From Fistulifera solaris (lineage: Eukaryota), in contig AP026148.1 in NCBI GenBank assembly GCA_030295235.1, positions 434,001 to 498,000 of the forward strand: DNA of 64,000 nucleotides. The letters are read 5' to 3'. The notes under the pieces were generated by a model that had not been told where the DNA came from, did no database searches, and saw only the letters and a list, made by a program, of their open reading frames with translations. This document shows, piece after piece, positions 61,149-64,000 of this stretch. The position numbers and the translations under genes are program-made. Each line of letters opens with the position of its first letter. Positions within the stretch are counted from its first letter, which is position 1.

Positions 61149-62201
61149 ATGCATTGGCTTTTGATTTGTTGCTGTTTGGGATCCATCGGAACCACCGTTT
61201 CTTTCTTATTTTCGGCTAGTACTACTGGTTTTCTGCAACCCAGAATCTCCATGACGACCGAAGACGACTTTGTACCGCTCAATCCGGAAAGTTTGTCGGC
61301 CACCTCTTGTCTTATCGAACAGACGCTATGTCAGCCTTCCTCCGAACGACCTCAATTGGCCAAAGATTTTCATTATGCATCCGCAGTTCTGGATGCGTGG
61401 CGGCAAGAAGAGCTGAACAGTGAAACTGCGTGGTGCGCGGAATACAAGTCGGTGATTTATCACGACAGTGATGGTACTCCTTTGTACGGTCACTGGGTAC
61501 GAAAGCAAGGCAGCCACGAAAGTGATAACTTTGGGATTCTTTTGTTTCATACTGGAGCAGGACCACACGATATATTCTTGCTTTGGAAGGCGGCATCACT
61601 GGTCATGACGTTGGACTGCCAAGTGTTGATTGCGGACATCTTGTCCGACGAATCCGGATGGGCATGGGATCTAAATCGAAGTCGTTACGAAACGGTTCGT
61701 CAGCGAGTACTGGAAGGGGGCGAAACAAGACCGCTTCTGCAAAAACGCATCCATGCTGCAGTGTCCTTATTGAAGAATCAAGTGGACGAAAACCGTTTGG
61801 CGGCTCTGGGCTGGTGTCTGGGTGGGCATTCCATTCTGGAACTGGCGCGAATGACTTTACCGGAAATGCTTGCTATGGTAACCTTTCACGGGGTATTTGA
61901 CGGCATTAAAGCTCCTGCCGAAAGTGTCGCGGTTTCATCAGCAGGTGCCGAAGTGTTGATCTGTAACGGTGTCGAAGACCCGTTTGTGTCGAGTCAAACG
62001 TTGGAGAATGCTTTGGCGACCTTTCAACAGTATGGATACCGTCTCTCACTGCTGCAATTAAAAGGTGCGAAACACGGATTCACCAATCCTGCTCAAGATT
62101 TCAATGACAATCCAGCATTTGCATTCCATACTGAGTCGGCTCGCAAATCATGGCACCAAGCTACCGCCCTTCTGAAACGAAGATGTTCCAACTTGCCATA
62201 A
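61149..62201 (+). CDS. Dienelactone hydrolase family protein
   Basis: ALGWCLGG nucleophile elbow, VTFHG, ICNGVEDPFV, GAKHGFTNP, A..SW. Confidence 0.9.
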   Translation: MHWLLICCCLGSIGTTVSFLFSASTTGFLQPRISMTTEDDFVPLNPESLSATSCLIEQTLCQPSSERPQLAKDFHYASAVLDAWRQEELNSETAWCAEYKSVIYHDSDGTPLYGHWVRKQGSHESDNFGILLFHTGAGPHDIFLLWKAASLVMTLDCQVLIADILSDESGWAWDLNRSRYETVRQRVLEGGETRPLLQKRIHAAVSLLKNQVDENRLAALGWCLGGHSILELARMTLPEMLAMVTFHGVFDGIKAPAESVAVSSAGAEVLICNGVEDPFVSSQTLENALATFQQYGYRLSLLQLKGAKHGFTNPAQDFNDNPAFAFHTESARKSWHQATALLKRRCSNLP

Positions 62202-62280
62202 AATACTTCGTCTTGACCAACATAAAGAAATGTACTCTACTGTTTAAATAGTTTATGAAATACCTTTGTTCACTACAAGC

Positions 62281-64000
62281 TTAAATGAGAGATTCCTTCT
62301 GTTCCAAATCGCTTTCATTCAAAACGGTATCTTTCGTATTGATAATTGCACCGTCTTCTGACAATAAACACGAACAGCTCTGCAAATATTTCCGACATCG
62401 CTCCATATCTTCTCCAAATCCAAGCTCTTGTGCAACAAAGTCCAGTTCAACGGTCGGCCGATATACCCGACAAATTCTCTGTAAGCCATTGAATCGCATC
62501 GTTGGTATTATGTGATCCATTAAAAAGGCCCCCAAGTTGGGGCACGAAAGTCGTAAACGGAAGAACAAATGATAATTCAACTCGGCTACCGCTTCGCGAA
62601 CCAGCAGCGCATGATGAATGGCGGGATCTTCCTCGTCCGTAGGACTCAAGGAAAGCATCAAATGAAACAAGTCAGACGAGCCACCCGTATACTTCTTATT
62701 CTCCATCAAAAACACATAATACAGCAAACGATAAGCAAGAAACTCGCGGATATTCTGGGTAGCTTCGGTGTCATCGTGTAAAGTACGATAGAGCTCCTTG
62801 AGCTGCGTTTGGCATTGATTGTACTCGTTCAAATCATTTTCTTCCAGAGCAATCCTCGCGTGTGTTTCGTACACGTCAATCGTAAAGGAATTCTGAATTC
62901 TTTGAACCGTACAATCTTGCCGGATAGCCTTAAGCTGCGAGCAAAACCAAATGTAATCTCTGCGGTTGGGGCGCCGTCGCTCTTGTTTCATGTTCTCCAG
63001 ATGCTCCCGCAGAACAGCTTCTGGTCTCACCAGCTCCGGACGAGGAGGCGCGGTTAATCTCAAGTACTCTTTTTCCAACTCCAGACACGTACCCTTCACT
63101 GTCATCTTTTCAAAATCTTCTTCGGTCAATTTTCCCGTCTTTCCTCCGATTGTTTCTCTTCCCATGAAGCGTCCAAAATCCTCCACTGCACTGCTAGATG
63201 ATGAGGCTTCGCCAATACCACCAGGACCCACAAACCGTTTCTCGCGACTCTTGAGTGCCAACGTAGACTGATCAAACCCATTGTCTTTGTGCTTCTTCGT
63301 TTGGTGTGTTTCAGAGATGTCCCCCGGTCCATAATAAGAAGGCGTGTTGTTTCTCTTCGTCGCGCTTTGGTACTGTATGGCAAAATGAGACATGTTAGCT
63401 GTTTCTGGAGACAAAGTTGGACCATAGTAACTGTGGTTCGACGAATTCTGCGATGCTTGCCAGTATCCAGGACTCGTGTACACGCTTTGCTGTTGTTGAA
63501 ACGACGTGGATCGTGGTCTAACTAATGGCACTTGACTCCAATCTTTGATGTGAAGGTTGTTGGACATGATCGCTTCTTGTATAAGCTTTTGCACTTGTTC
63601 CATGACTTCATCCTTTTCATTCTGAGTTTTACAAGGCAACAAACAACGATGAACAAACACTTTCAGGCTTGCAGGCGAATCCTCTTGGCCACCCGATGCG
63701 GACGGCTGATCACTTGCAAAATTTTGGTTGTGAGATGATGTCAGACTACTGGAATGAATTACTTCTGTGTAATGAGCAGGTGGTGGAGGTAGATCAAAAG
63801 GGGCTATTGTAGCTCCAGGATTCTGATGGAAGAAATGTGCGGCTCGACTCGACTCATCTGCCTGATACTTAGCCCATCGATACTGCTGATCGGCATCACT
63901 TCGCATTTTAGGGTCGGGTGATTGTAAATGGGGTTCCCAACGCTGCGCCTGCTCCGTGTAGGCATGATAATATTCCGTGTAGAGCTGGACCAAATTCTTA
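62281..64000 (-). CDS. SAC3/GANP/THP3 family protein (LENG8-like), 5' end outside the window
   Basis: VKGTC..LEKEYLRLTAPP.P..VRP..VL, QLKAIRQDCTVQ.I.N.FT..VYETHARIALE..DL.EYNQCQTQLK.LY, EF.AYRLLY. Confidence 0.92.
   Translation of the reverse strand, partial: KNLVQLYTEYYHAYTEQAQRWEPHLQSPDPKMRSDADQQYRWAKYQADESSRAAHFFHQNPGATIAPFDLPPPPAHYTEVIHSSSLTSSHNQNFASDQPSASGGQEDSPASLKVFVHRCLLPCKTQNEKDEVMEQVQKLIQEAIMSNNLHIKDWSQVPLVRPRSTSFQQQQSVYTSPGYWQASQNSSNHSYYGPTLSPETANMSHFAIQYQSATKRNNTPSYYGPGDISETHQTKKHKDNGFDQSTLALKSREKRFVGPGGIGEASSSSSAVEDFGRFMGRETIGGKTGKLTEEDFEKMTVKGTCLELEKEYLRLTAPPRPELVRPEAVLREHLENMKQERRRPNRRDYIWFCSQLKAIRQDCTVQRIQNSFTIDVYETHARIALEENDLNEYNQCQTQLKELYRTLHDDTEATQNIREFLAYRLLYYVFLMENKKYTGGSSDLFHLMLSLSPTDEEDPAIHHALLVREAVAELNYHLFFRLRLSCPNLGAFLMDHIIPTMRFNGLQRICRVYRPTVELDFVAQELGFGEDMERCRKYLQSCSCLLSEDGAIINTKDTVLNESDLEQKESLI

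Overview
Gene-dense eukaryotic nuclear DNA, almost certainly from a diatom (probably pennate). The evidence is short GT-AG introns, many bipartite signal+transit presequences with an ASA-F-like cleavage motif, and a nucleus-encoded atpC lacking the green-lineage redox cysteines. I can support about 37 genes, including HAS1, NSF, a SulP-STAS-cNMP transporter, UNC50, RRP40, a RIO kinase, TerC, MUB/UBL3, thioredoxin f, ArgJ, AMMECR1, PAM18, a mitotic cyclin, UPM1, atpC, a dienelactone hydrolase and a SAC3/THP3 protein. Many conserved genes are broken by single-base indels, mostly in homopolymer runs, which I read as long-read assembly error, so CDS spans are reconstructed by eye and approximate. 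The most notable non-gene structure is: (i) a ~90-bp hairpin element present twice in opposite orientation (6.9 kb and 55.7 kb); (ii) a palindrome TACCWGGTA seen 9 times, always intergenic and 8 times between divergent genes; (iii) a ~2.5-kb gene-free, partly very AT-rich island (45.1-47.6 kb) that is a centromere candidate; (iv) several tandem duplications and heptamer arrays. Notable proteins are a Trp-rich repeat protein, tentative APC16-, PIGBOS1-, Zwint/Sos7- and RIOK3-like proteins, and a cyclin whose D-box is split by an in-frame, stop-free intron. No database searches were run; family calls are from motif recognition only. I found no tRNA, rRNA or CRISPR array.
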